Shown here: piece after piece, positions 37,296 to 48,874 of the stretch | Position numbering within the stretch: the first letter of the stretch is position 1 | Layout: each line of letters opens with the position of its first letter | Source of the DNA: an uncultured Planctomycetaceae bacterium | GTDB taxonomy: Bacteria > Planctomycetota > Phycisphaerae > UBA1845 > UTPLA1 | DNA length: 64,000 bases | Reading direction: 5' to 3' | NCBI GenBank assembly: GCA_964385225.1 | Contig: CAYLOE010000007.1 | Span: forward strand, 7,505 to 71,504 | Notes under the pieces: model-generated | Seen by the model: only the letters and a program-made list of their open reading frames with translations | Databases searched by the model: none | Told to the model about the DNA's origin: nothing | Position numbers and translations under genes: made by a program

Positions 37296-37928
37296 ATGGC
37301 AACGCCCCGTAAGACAACTCCGAAGAAGAAGACTTCCGCCGGCAAATCCGCGGCAGCGAAGCCGAAGGCGAAGCCCGCGGCAAAGGCAGCGGCGGCAAAG
37401 TCGAAGTCGATTGAAAAACCGGCGGCCAAGTCGAAGCCCGCGCCGAAGCCACGGCCTGCTGTCGGCGGTTCGGGTGCATCGTCGGCCGGACGCACGGTTG
37501 CCGCGAAGCCGGAGAAACAGGCCCCCCCGGCCAAGCCCAATCTGGACCCGGAATGGGTGGCAAGTATGCGCGATGCGTTGGCTTCCCAGCGGCAACGACT
37601 GCTATCGATCGTTCAGAATACTCAGGCGCTTATGGCAGAAAAGTCGGGTGATCTTCCGGATGTAAGCGATCGGGCATCGGAAGGATTCGAAGACGAACTT
37701 GCCGTGGGTCTCATCGCCATCGAAGCGGCGCAGCTCGAAGACATCGAAACGGCCATCAAGCGGATTGACGAGGGGATGTACGGCGTCTGTGTGGATTGCG
37801 AACGGGCGATCCCTCGAAAAAGGCTGGAATACCTTCCGTTTGCCCGACGATGCCTTGCATGCGAAAGCCAGGCGGAAAGGCGGCCGCGAGCGGTTGAGAG
37901 CGAAGAAGAAGAAGAAGACTGGGATTAA
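37296..37928 (+). CDS. DksA/TraR C4 zinc-finger protein with N-terminal Lys/Ala/Pro-rich histone-H1-like region
   Basis: C-terminal CVDCERAIPRKRLEYLPFARRCLACE (CxxC-N17-CxxC) preceded by a coiled coil. The N-terminal 85 aa or so read KTTPKKKTSAGKSAAAKPKAKPAAKAAAAKSK... Confidence 0.75.
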   Translation: MATPRKTTPKKKTSAGKSAAAKPKAKPAAKAAAAKSKSIEKPAAKSKPAPKPRPAVGGSGASSAGRTVAAKPEKQAPPAKPNLDPEWVASMRDALASQRQRLLSIVQNTQALMAEKSGDLPDVSDRASEGFEDELAVGLIAIEAAQLEDIETAIKRIDEGMYGVCVDCERAIPRKRLEYLPFARRCLACESQAERRPRAVESEEEEEDWD

Positions 37929-37975
37929 GCCGTCCGAGGCGAATGCCGTCTGTCAATCGAACGAGAGTATCCGAG

Positions 37976-38011
37976 CCCGGGATGCCGCAGCGCATGCCCG
38001 GGTTTTCTTTT
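37976..38011 (+). terminator. intrinsic terminator after the dksA-like gene
   Basis: cccgggatgc ... gcatgcccggg hairpin followed by ttttctttt. Confidence 0.65.
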
Positions 38012-38062
38012 GCGGGTATTCGAGTAGCCGGAATTTGCCTATCCTGAAAAATAGCGGTCCAC

Positions 38063-38113
38063 GGGGAGTGCGGACCTCCGGTCCGCCGTGCGGGCGAGAC
38101 GCCCGCACTCCCC
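38063..38113. other. GC-rich nested-hairpin element in the convergent intergenic region (possible pyrK terminator or REP-like)
   Basis: Outer 11-bp arms ggggagtgcgg / ccgcactcccc. Alternative inner hairpins are gcggacc-tcc-ggtccgc and gtgcgggc-gagac-gcccgcac. Confidence 0.35.
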
Positions 38114-38191
38114 AGAATCGACGATTTTCATTGTTCTGAGTGCGGCATTGTATCATGGCGACTCCGGGCGGGTTCTTCGCTGCCGTGCGAA

Positions 38192-39163
38192 CTACGCCCA
38201 TTGCACGGCTTCGGCACGAAAGACCGGCCCCTCGGTGCAGCAGAGTGCATACCGCCAGCCGATATCACGCGATGCATCATGCACCGGAACCACGCAGGAC
38301 TGGCAGGTTCCCATTCCGCAGGCCATGACTCGTTCCATGGCGAGCTCGCAGTGGACGCCGGCTGCCACGCACATCTGACCGGCGGCGCGCAACATCGGCT
38401 CCGGGCCACAGGCGTAGACAGATGTTGAGGAAGTGTCGTTCAGCAGACACTTGAGCGCGTCAGTGACTCGACCGCGCAAGCCGCAAGAGCCGTCGTCCGT
38501 GGTGATCGAAGTCGCGATGTTCTCGCGTGAGAATTCTTCCACGCAATGCGTCGGCTGACCGGATTCATCGGGCTCCGCTGTCAGCGCGAGGGGAATCAAG
38601 TCCTTCGACTGGGCACCGAAGATAGCGGATGCCTGCAGGCCGCTTTCATTGATTTTCGCAGCCAGCCAGCGAATCGGCGGCAGGCCGATGCCGCCGGCGA
38701 CCAGAATCGCGCGATGATTCCGTGGCGGCATCGAGAACGCGTTGCCGAGCGGGCCGAGAATGCTCACGAGATCGCCCGATCGGCGTGAGTCGAGCCATGC
38801 GGTGCCCTGTCCGACGACGCGACCGAGTAGATCCATTTCCACCGCGTGGCGTGTTCGACGCAATCCGCCGATCGAAAAGGGGCGGCGCAGTAACGGACCG
38901 GACCCCTGTGAACCTGCGTGAATGTTTTGTGTGTGCGGCGCGATGGCACTGTGATTTTCTTGCGGCGAAGCGCAGAGCACTTGAAGAAACTGACCCGGAG
39001 CGGCCGTTGGAAAGTGCGGCAGCGTGAGTGTGAGCTCAAAGTGTTCGCGGCACAGCGCGCGACGGCGGAGGACCGTCGAAAGAAAAATGCCTCGGGATGA
39101 TTCGGAGGATTGATCCACGTACGAAGCTGCCTCGCTGGGTAATCTCGCCCACACTCTATACAC
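38192..39163 (-). CDS. pyrK: PyrK-like ferredoxin-reductase-type electron transfer subunit (FAD/NAD-binding plus C-terminal 2Fe-2S)
   Basis: RRPFSIG, LVAGGIGLPPI, and C-terminal ACGPEPML...CGMGTCQSCVV. GTG start at 39163. No pyrD next to it. Confidence 0.65.
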   Translation of the reverse strand: MYRVWARLPSEAASYVDQSSESSRGIFLSTVLRRRALCREHFELTLTLPHFPTAAPGQFLQVLCASPQENHSAIAPHTQNIHAGSQGSGPLLRRPFSIGGLRRTRHAVEMDLLGRVVGQGTAWLDSRRSGDLVSILGPLGNAFSMPPRNHRAILVAGGIGLPPIRWLAAKINESGLQASAIFGAQSKDLIPLALTAEPDESGQPTHCVEEFSRENIATSITTDDGSCGLRGRVTDALKCLLNDTSSTSVYACGPEPMLRAAGQMCVAAGVHCELAMERVMACGMGTCQSCVVPVHDASRDIGWRYALCCTEGPVFRAEAVQWA

Positions 39164-39210
39164 GCCATCGGCAAGGCGACCAAGGGGCTTCGGTATGATG
39201 TAACAGCGCG

Positions 39211-39251
39211 AAAAAAAACCTCCGGATCAAAATTTTGTTTCGATCCGGAGG
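39211..39251 (-). terminator. canonical intrinsic terminator/attenuator 48 nt upstream of the pyrK start
   Basis: On the minus strand: CCTCCGGATC-13 nt loop-GATCCGGAGG followed by T8 (39218-39211). There is no upstream minus-strand CDS for it to terminate. Confidence 0.6.
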
Positions 39252-39389
39252 AGCGCCACGGCTAAAACAGCCGTTTTTCGTGGCGGTTGGCTTCGAAGTA
39301 GCACGCTGCAGCGAAGGGTCGCGCAACGCGGGAGACTGTAGCACAGGGTCTCGGCGCTGTCAACGAAACATTCCGCGAAGTCAGAAATG

Positions 39390-39420
39390 TCATAACTATA
39401 TATCATAAATATAGTTATGA
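39390..39420. promoter_or_regulatory. perfect 12-bp inverted repeat (tcataactatat-N7-atatagttatga) in an AT-rich control region
   Basis: Read directly from the sequence. It lies in the divergent pyrK/ffh intergenic region; the surrounding line has about 30% G+C by hand count. Confidence 0.4.
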
Positions 39421-39751
39421 TGAATCTCGAAGATGTTATTACAAGTGTCTATGCTGCCAACAGATGTGAAGTGGATGACTGCTTTTGTTGGCAAATTGCA
39501 GGTTGATGTGGAAAAATGCCCAAATCGTGCCACAATGGCAGCATCACTTCATAAAGTATTGCCATGTAATGCTTTATAATCACAACCCGTCGTTGTCTAT
39601 GATCTTGTCTCACTGTCGATACGATTCACTCAATTCATCGCCTGGGTTGCTCCTGCAATGCGAAGCTCAGCGAGGAAGCAGGAAAGGCAAAGCTCGATGA
39701 TCTGCGACTCGGTGCGAACCCATTTTGCCCATGTGATACACTGGCGGACCT

Positions 39752-41194
39752 ATGTTTGACACGCTGACCGATCGATTCAACGAAGTCTTCCGCAAGATGC
39801 GCGGAAGAGGACGCATTACCGAGGACAACGTCCGTGAGGTGATGCGCGACGTTCGCACCGCCCTGCTCGAGGCCGACGTCCATCTCGACGTCGTGAAGGA
39901 CTTCTGCGCAAAGGTCACCGAGCAGGCCATCGGCTCCGAAGTCATCAAGACGCTTCACCCTGAAGAGGTGATGGTCAAGATCGTCCACGACGAACTCGTA
40001 CAGCTCATGGGGCCCGTCGATTCACGCATCCCCTGGGTCGCCAACGCCCCGACGATCATCCTCATGGCCGGCCTGCAGGGCTCGGGTAAGACGACAACCT
40101 GTGCAAAGCTGGCGAAATATTGTCTCGACCGCGGCAAGAAGCCGTTTCTCGTCGCCGCGGATCTCAAGCGCCCGGCGGCCATTGATCAGCTTGAAGTCCT
40201 CGGTCAGCAACTCGATGTGCCGGTTCATGCAGAGCGCGATCATCAGAACCCGGTGAAAGTGTGCCGCAACGGCGTGGCCGCGGCGCAGCGGCAGCTTCGC
40301 GACGTGGTCATCCTCGACACCGCCGGCCGCCTCGCCATCGACGAGGAACTGATGCAGGAGGTGGCGAATATCGCGGGGGCTGTTTCGCCGCATCAGATCT
40401 ATCTCGTGCTGGACGCCATGACCGGCCAGGACGCGGTCAATACGGCGAAGCACTTCAATGAGCGGCTGGAGCTGGACGGTGTGATCTTTACGAAGTTCGA
40501 CTCGGACACGCGCGGCGGCGCTGTCCTGTCCGTCAAGCGCATCACGACGAAGCCGGTGAAGTTCATCGGTGTCGGCGAGAAGCTCGACCGGCTGGAGGAG
40601 TTTCATGCCGAGCGATTGGCGGGGCGCATCCTCGGCATGGGCGATATCGTTTCACTCGTCGAGCATGCCCAGCAGCAGGTGGACGCCGACGAAGCGGCGA
40701 AGCTCGAAGCGAAGATGAAGAAGGGCCAGCTCTCGCTGGACGACTTCATCAGCCAGATGGAAAAGGTGATGGGCGGCCGCTCGCTCAAGGACATGCTCAA
40801 GATGATCCCCGGCGTCGGCAGCATGATGCGCCAGACTGACATGGAGATCGACGACGGCGAAATCAAGCGGATGAAGGCGATCGTGCAGTCGATGACCCCT
40901 AAGGAACGGGCAAATCCGAAGGTACTCGACGCCTCTCGGCGACGTCGCATCGCCCGCGGCAGCGGCACGGACCCGGAAGACGTAAGCGGCCTGTGCAAGC
41001 AGTTCCTCCAGGCGCGGGACATGATGAAGCACATGTCGGGCCTGTCGATGGGCGACCGGATGAAGTTCGGCTCGCAGATGGCCCAGATGTCGATGGCCGG
41101 CGGCAAGATGCCGACGTTCAAGTCTGCCGGTAAGCCCAAGTTCCAGCCGAGCAAGAAGGACCGGCGGAAGGAACGAAAGCGGAAGAGCCGGTAG
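39752..41194 (+). CDS. ffh: signal recognition particle protein Ffh
   Basis: GLQGSGKTTTCAKLA, DTAGR and TKFD G-domain motifs. Met-rich M-domain and a basic C-terminal tail. Confidence 0.95.
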   Translation: MFDTLTDRFNEVFRKMRGRGRITEDNVREVMRDVRTALLEADVHLDVVKDFCAKVTEQAIGSEVIKTLHPEEVMVKIVHDELVQLMGPVDSRIPWVANAPTIILMAGLQGSGKTTTCAKLAKYCLDRGKKPFLVAADLKRPAAIDQLEVLGQQLDVPVHAERDHQNPVKVCRNGVAAAQRQLRDVVILDTAGRLAIDEELMQEVANIAGAVSPHQIYLVLDAMTGQDAVNTAKHFNERLELDGVIFTKFDSDTRGGAVLSVKRITTKPVKFIGVGEKLDRLEEFHAERLAGRILGMGDIVSLVEHAQQQVDADEAAKLEAKMKKGQLSLDDFISQMEKVMGGRSLKDMLKMIPGVGSMMRQTDMEIDDGEIKRMKAIVQSMTPKERANPKVLDASRRRRIARGSGTDPEDVSGLCKQFLQARDMMKHMSGLSMGDRMKFGSQMAQMSMAGGKMPTFKSAGKPKFQPSKKDRRKERKRKSR

Positions 41195-41219
41195 TTGCTG
41201 CGTCTCGCGAATCCCACCT

Positions 41220-41251
41220 TTCCGGCAGGCGTTCGCGCCGGGAAGTTTTTT
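41220..41251 (+). terminator. intrinsic terminator after ffh
   Basis: ttccggc-aggcgttcgc-gccgggaa hairpin followed by tttttt. Confidence 0.6.
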
Positions 41252-41252
41252 C

Positions 41253-41280
41253 TTGACATATATCATTTTTGATATAAACT
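41253..41280 (+). promoter_or_regulatory. candidate promoter with embedded operator for the toxin-antitoxin operon
   Basis: TTGACA (41253-41258), a 16-nt spacer and TAAACT (41275-41280). The spacer contains the perfect palindrome TATATCA-TTTT-TGATATA (41259-41276). Confidence 0.4.
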
Positions 41281-41442
41281 CTACCGTAGGTATAGCTGGC
41301 CCGAACCCCCGGGCGTGGAACACGAAGGGGCTTGAATTGGCGGAAGCAAGGGTGTGTGTTCCATCTTGCAGCGATGAAAGGAGACTCCGCAGCCCGTTGG
41401 GGCGCGGCGGTCCGTTCACCGTCTTGCCAGATGGAGCGACAC

Positions 41443-41769
41443 ATGGCCACCGGATTCGGCTTCAGGGAAAACGTAAGGCGATTCCTCAGATATGAGTGCT
41501 CGCCCGAGGAACAGGACGCCTTCTATCAGGAAACCCGTGCAATACGCCAGAGCGCGACACGGCATGTAACGCAATCCGGCCTCGTGCCGCCTGCCCGACT
41601 GGTCGATGAACTCAAGAAGAAAGGGGAGTTCGCCGTTCTCGGTTCGTTCAACTTCGTCTCCTGTCGTGCGATTTACGCATATTATCCTCGCCGAGATACG
41701 ATCGAAGTACTGGAATGCTGGCGAATAAAACCGCAAAAAACAAACGACAAGGATCGCGGCGGCGCGTGA
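41443..41769 (+). CDS. RelE/HigB-superfamily (Gp49-like) putative toxin
   Basis: 108 aa. The C-terminal CRAIYAYYPRRDTIEVLECWRIKPQKT resembles the Gp49/HigB 'yRiiY...ivlLh.f.KKtQKT' signature. Its stop overlaps the next start (GTGA). Confidence 0.5.
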   Translation: MATGFGFRENVRRFLRYECSPEEQDAFYQETRAIRQSATRHVTQSGLVPPARLVDELKKKGEFAVLGSFNFVSCRAIYAYYPRRDTIEVLECWRIKPQKTNDKDRGGA

Positions 41770-42149
41770 AACGAAGCCCGTCGGAAAAGCCGCAACGGCG
41801 CGCTCGTAAGTCCGCACGGCGCACTCCTGTTCCGGCGTACGTACTCATCCCACTCGACCAATATGAGATGCTCTCTAAATCTGACGTGTTGAATCGCGCC
41901 CTGGATCGCCTCGCCGACCGCGGGGAGCCCGTGGTCGATGGCGACGAGTTCGCGCTCGAGCTGGCCGCAGGCCGCATTGCCCGGGCCCGCAAGGAGGCGG
42001 GGCTAACACAGGCCCAGCTCGCCGCCCGCCTCAAGCTTCCACAGTCGCAGATATCCCGCATCGAGCGCAATCCCGACCATACGACTGTTCGCACGCTGAA
42101 AAAGATCGCCAGGGCCCTCGGCGTGGACATCAGCGCGCTCGTCTCGTGA
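41766..42149 (+). CDS. XRE-family HTH antitoxin-like protein
   Basis: C-terminal HTH_3 ARKEAGLTQAQLAARLKLPQSQISRIERNPDHTTVRTLKKIARALGVD. GTG at 41766, 4-nt overlap with the upstream stop. Confidence 0.7.
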   Translation: MKRSPSEKPQRRARKSARRTPVPAYVLIPLDQYEMLSKSDVLNRALDRLADRGEPVVDGDEFALELAAGRIARARKEAGLTQAQLAARLKLPQSQISRIERNPDHTTVRTLKKIARALGVDISALVS

Positions 42150-42266
42150 TTCTCAGTCCTTCGACGACGAAACCGCCCCCGGTTGCGCGTCACAGCGCTT
42201 GCGCAGGTAGCGACTTGTTCCAATACCATCCGGCCGCTAGACTATCCCCGTATTCGTCGAGTACCG

Positions 42267-42674
42267 ATGTTGCTGCAGGAATCGAAGACTGGCCTCATGC
42301 GTAAGCTTCCCGATAGATCAGACACAGAACCGTTCCACCGGCGATTCGCCCTCGCCGGCGTGATCGTCGGCGCCGTCGCGATCTTCGGCGTCGATCTGGC
42401 CTTCGCCATGAAGCAGACGGGCAAGCATCCCCGCACTCATGCCGCCGTCGTCCGCCTGGTCAGTTCCGCCGACGCCGCGGCACTCGGCGCTGCACCAGTA
42501 GCCGCCGTCACCGTACTGGCCCTGATGCTCTGGCTCGGTCGCCGGTCAACCGATCCAATCCCGCTATCGCTCCCGACGCCGTCTGCGACCGTGCCCGCCG
42601 ATATTCACGTCGAAACGACGACGCGCGCCCGCTTCTCCATCTCCTATCACACCGGCGGCCTCTACGGTCCGTAG
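42267..42674 (+). CDS. hypothetical membrane protein
   Basis: Two predicted transmembrane helices (FALAGVIVGAVAIFGV, AAVTVLALMLWLG). Start uncertain (42183 TTG, 42267 ATG or 42297 ATG). Confidence 0.35.
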   Translation: MLLQESKTGLMRKLPDRSDTEPFHRRFALAGVIVGAVAIFGVDLAFAMKQTGKHPRTHAAVVRLVSSADAAALGAAPVAAVTVLALMLWLGRRSTDPIPLSLPTPSATVPADIHVETTTRARFSISYHTGGLYGP

Positions 42675-42853
42675 TTAATTTCCTTGTTGGAACTTCGTGC
42701 CGTGGCCTTGGGCCGGCGCTTGTCGACACGAACTTTTCAGTTCTCGGCTCGACATGCACCACACGGCGCACGAAGAAAGTTCATTCTTTACGTAGCATTC
42801 GATGTTTTAACTTCTCGACTTTTTGACGCTTCGACGTTTATTCCGGTGTGATC

Positions 42854-46867
<4,014 letters not shown>

Positions 46868-46878
46868 AGCCGCGCATA

Positions 46879-47528
46879 GAACCAGCCCGAAGCGCAAGCG
46901 AGGGAATCCTTCATTGGCGATTGAGAACGTAATCAATAGCTTCCATGAGATGCGCCTCGTCGTTGATCCACTTTGTACTTCCGTGCTCCGTCCACCATTT
47001 TGGATTGCTGCCGTGATGATTCTCTTCGAGTGGATACTGCTCGTTCAGCCGTCTCGTGGCCCAGGCCTTGAACTGCTGCAGTATCGTGTCCGGATGCTCC
47101 TCGGCGCTGACTACGACGTGGACATGCATCGTGCGAACGTTTACGGCGTGCAAGTACCATCCACGAATCTCGCAGTGCTGTCGAATCACGCTGTCCACGA
47201 GATCACGCTGCTTAGGGCATAACTGCGCCGGCGCCTGGCTCAACCGCATCCGCGCAAGTTCCTCGCGGTTGGCATCGGGCAGCTGTATGTCGGGTTCGTT
47301 GCGTTTGATCCAGCCGCGCTCATCACTTGGTAACCAGGTGCCGTACGTTGTTTATGTGAAATGGAATGCCAGGGGGCCGGCCACGCGAGGTATCCTCAGT
47401 ACTCGCACTGCTTCGATACTTCTGAGCAGATCGTATCGTCGTTTCTATTAAGAACTGTCCGCCGCCGGGAGAGGCCGTCCAGGCGGTGTACCTGTCTTTA
47501 CTCCCTCGCTTGCGCTTCGGGCTGGTTC
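46879..47528 (-). mobile_element. REP-flanked RAYT-type (IS200-like Y1 transposase) unit
   Basis: Perfect 27-bp inverted repeats at 46879-46905 and 47502-47528 bracket the Y1-transposase-like ORF. The unit sits between convergent secA and the ABC permease. Confidence 0.7.
46911..47408 (-). pseudogene. IS200/RAYT-like HUH-Y1 transposase with an in-frame TAA (or N-terminally truncated CDS 46911..47249)
   Basis: HVHVVV HUH-type motif and C-terminal AIDYVLNRQ. The same frame upstream reads LRIPRVAGPLAFHFT*TTYGTWLPSDERGW, with the stop at 47352-47354. Confidence 0.65.
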
Positions 47529-47566
47529 AGTTACTCCCTCTATCACGCCAGATCAAGAATTGTTCG

Positions 47567-48874
47567 TTATCCTTGAAACACCCACTTGATGATTTCCGTC
47601 GGCTTGGGCGCTTTGCCCTGCATGAGCAGGCCGACACGAAAAACACGGCCGGAGGCCCAAACGAACAGGAGCGTCGTGAGAATCGTCCCGAGCACACCGA
47701 GGCCGACCTGCCACATCGGCACGCCGGGGGCCATCGACATGCGCACCATCATCACCAGCGGCGTGGACGGCGGAAAGAGCGAGAGCCCGACGGCGAAGTT
47801 GCTCGACGGGTGCTGCAGCACGGTGCCGAGCGTGAACATGGGAATCAGCAGCAGCAGCCAGATCGGCATGACCAGGTTCTGGGCCTCGCGCAGCTCGTTG
47901 CAGCAGGCGCCGGCAGCGAGAAAGAGCGCGCCGTACATGAAGATCGCCAGTGTGAGAAACAGCATAAACCAGCCGACGAGGTGCATCGGTATCATGTCAC
48001 CCCTGCCGTAATAGTTGGCGACGGCCCAACCGCCGACCAGATAGATGCCGATAAGCGTCACGGCGACGCCGACGAAGCCGACGAGCTTGCCGAGCATCAG
48101 GTCGAACGGCCGGATCGATCCGAGGAGCACTTCGGAAATCTTCTGCATCTTTTCCTCGATCACGCCGCTGAGGATCGGCTGTGTGGTCATCATCAGGGCC
48201 ATCCACATCAGCATGATGATGCCGAGCGGCACGAAGATGACCATCATCGGATTGACGCGCTCGGCCTGCTTGATATCACCGGACGCACCGCGCTCCAACA
48301 GGCCGAGATTGTCCACGCTGACCGGTAGCATCGCCCGCTCGACGATAGCACGGTCAATCCCTGCGTCGGCGAGTCTCGCACTAATGATCCGATCGTTGAC
48401 CACTCTCGAAAGCCATCTCGTGATCTGGTCGTAGGTCGGTTGATTGGAGTAATAACGAATCGGCGGCTCAGCGGAAGGCGCGCCGGCGTTAATGATTTCC
48501 GGCGAGATCTCAATGAAGGCGAACACGTCCTTGCTCCGAACGCGGTCGGACAGCTCCAGGCGTTGTTCATCGAGGGCCGATGCATCCACAGCAACGGGCT
48601 CGAACTCGAAGGGCGAGTCCGTGAGTTTGCCGGTTTCGTCCTTGATATCTTCGTTTCGCTTGGCGGCGGCTTCGGCGAGAAAGTCGTAGGCCTTCCCGGA
48701 ACGATCCAGCACGGCGACCTTCTTCGGGGCGTTGTCGATACGGCCCTTGGTGAGAGCCGTGACGCCGATCCCGCCGAGCATGAAGATCGGCACGAGGATG
48801 ATGGCCACGACAAACGCCTTGGTGCGCACGGTGGCACGGTACTCCCGCATGGCGACGACCCACAACTTATTCAT
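47567..48874 (-). CDS. ABC-2 type transporter permease (NatB-like)
   Basis: N-terminal transmembrane segment, a large extracytoplasmic loop, then 5 C-terminal transmembrane segments. The ATG at 48874 overlaps the ATPase stop by 8 nt. Confidence 0.8.
   Translation of the reverse strand: MNKLWVVAMREYRATVRTKAFVVAIILVPIFMLGGIGVTALTKGRIDNAPKKVAVLDRSGKAYDFLAEAAAKRNEDIKDETGKLTDSPFEFEPVAVDASALDEQRLELSDRVRSKDVFAFIEISPEIINAGAPSAEPPIRYYSNQPTYDQITRWLSRVVNDRIISARLADAGIDRAIVERAMLPVSVDNLGLLERGASGDIKQAERVNPMMVIFVPLGIIMLMWMALMMTTQPILSGVIEEKMQKISEVLLGSIRPFDLMLGKLVGFVGVAVTLIGIYLVGGWAVANYYGRGDMIPMHLVGWFMLFLTLAIFMYGALFLAAGACCNELREAQNLVMPIWLLLLIPMFTLGTVLQHPSSNFAVGLSLFPPSTPLVMMVRMSMAPGVPMWQVGLGVLGTILTTLLFVWASGRVFRVGLLMQGKAPKPTEIIKWVFQG

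Noticed and set aside
38764-39183. A 139-aa ORF overlapping the 5' end of pyrK in another frame.
   Set aside because: The pyrK frame carries the conserved flavoprotein motifs. The alternative frame is Arg/Ser/Cys-rich with no motif.
39527-39545. Sigma-54 promoter (TGGCA...TTGC-like strings such as ttggcaaattgca and tggcagcatcacttc).
   Set aside because: The GG-to-GC spacing does not fit the -24/-12 geometry in either case.
39485-39700. A 71-aa ORF in the AT-rich ffh upstream region.
   Set aside because: Cys/His/Leu-rich composition with no Shine-Dalgarno sequence. It sits in a region better explained as regulatory DNA or 5' UTR.
39640-39735. SRP (4.5S) RNA immediately upstream of ffh. The string AGGAAGCAGG...AAGGCA resembles the E. 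coli domain IV 3' strand GGAAGCAGCCAAGGCA.
   Set aside because: I could not find the complementary 5' strand, a GNRA tetraloop in the right place, or a closing helix. The resemblance is limited to about 9 nt. A cmsearch with the bacterial SRP model would settle it.
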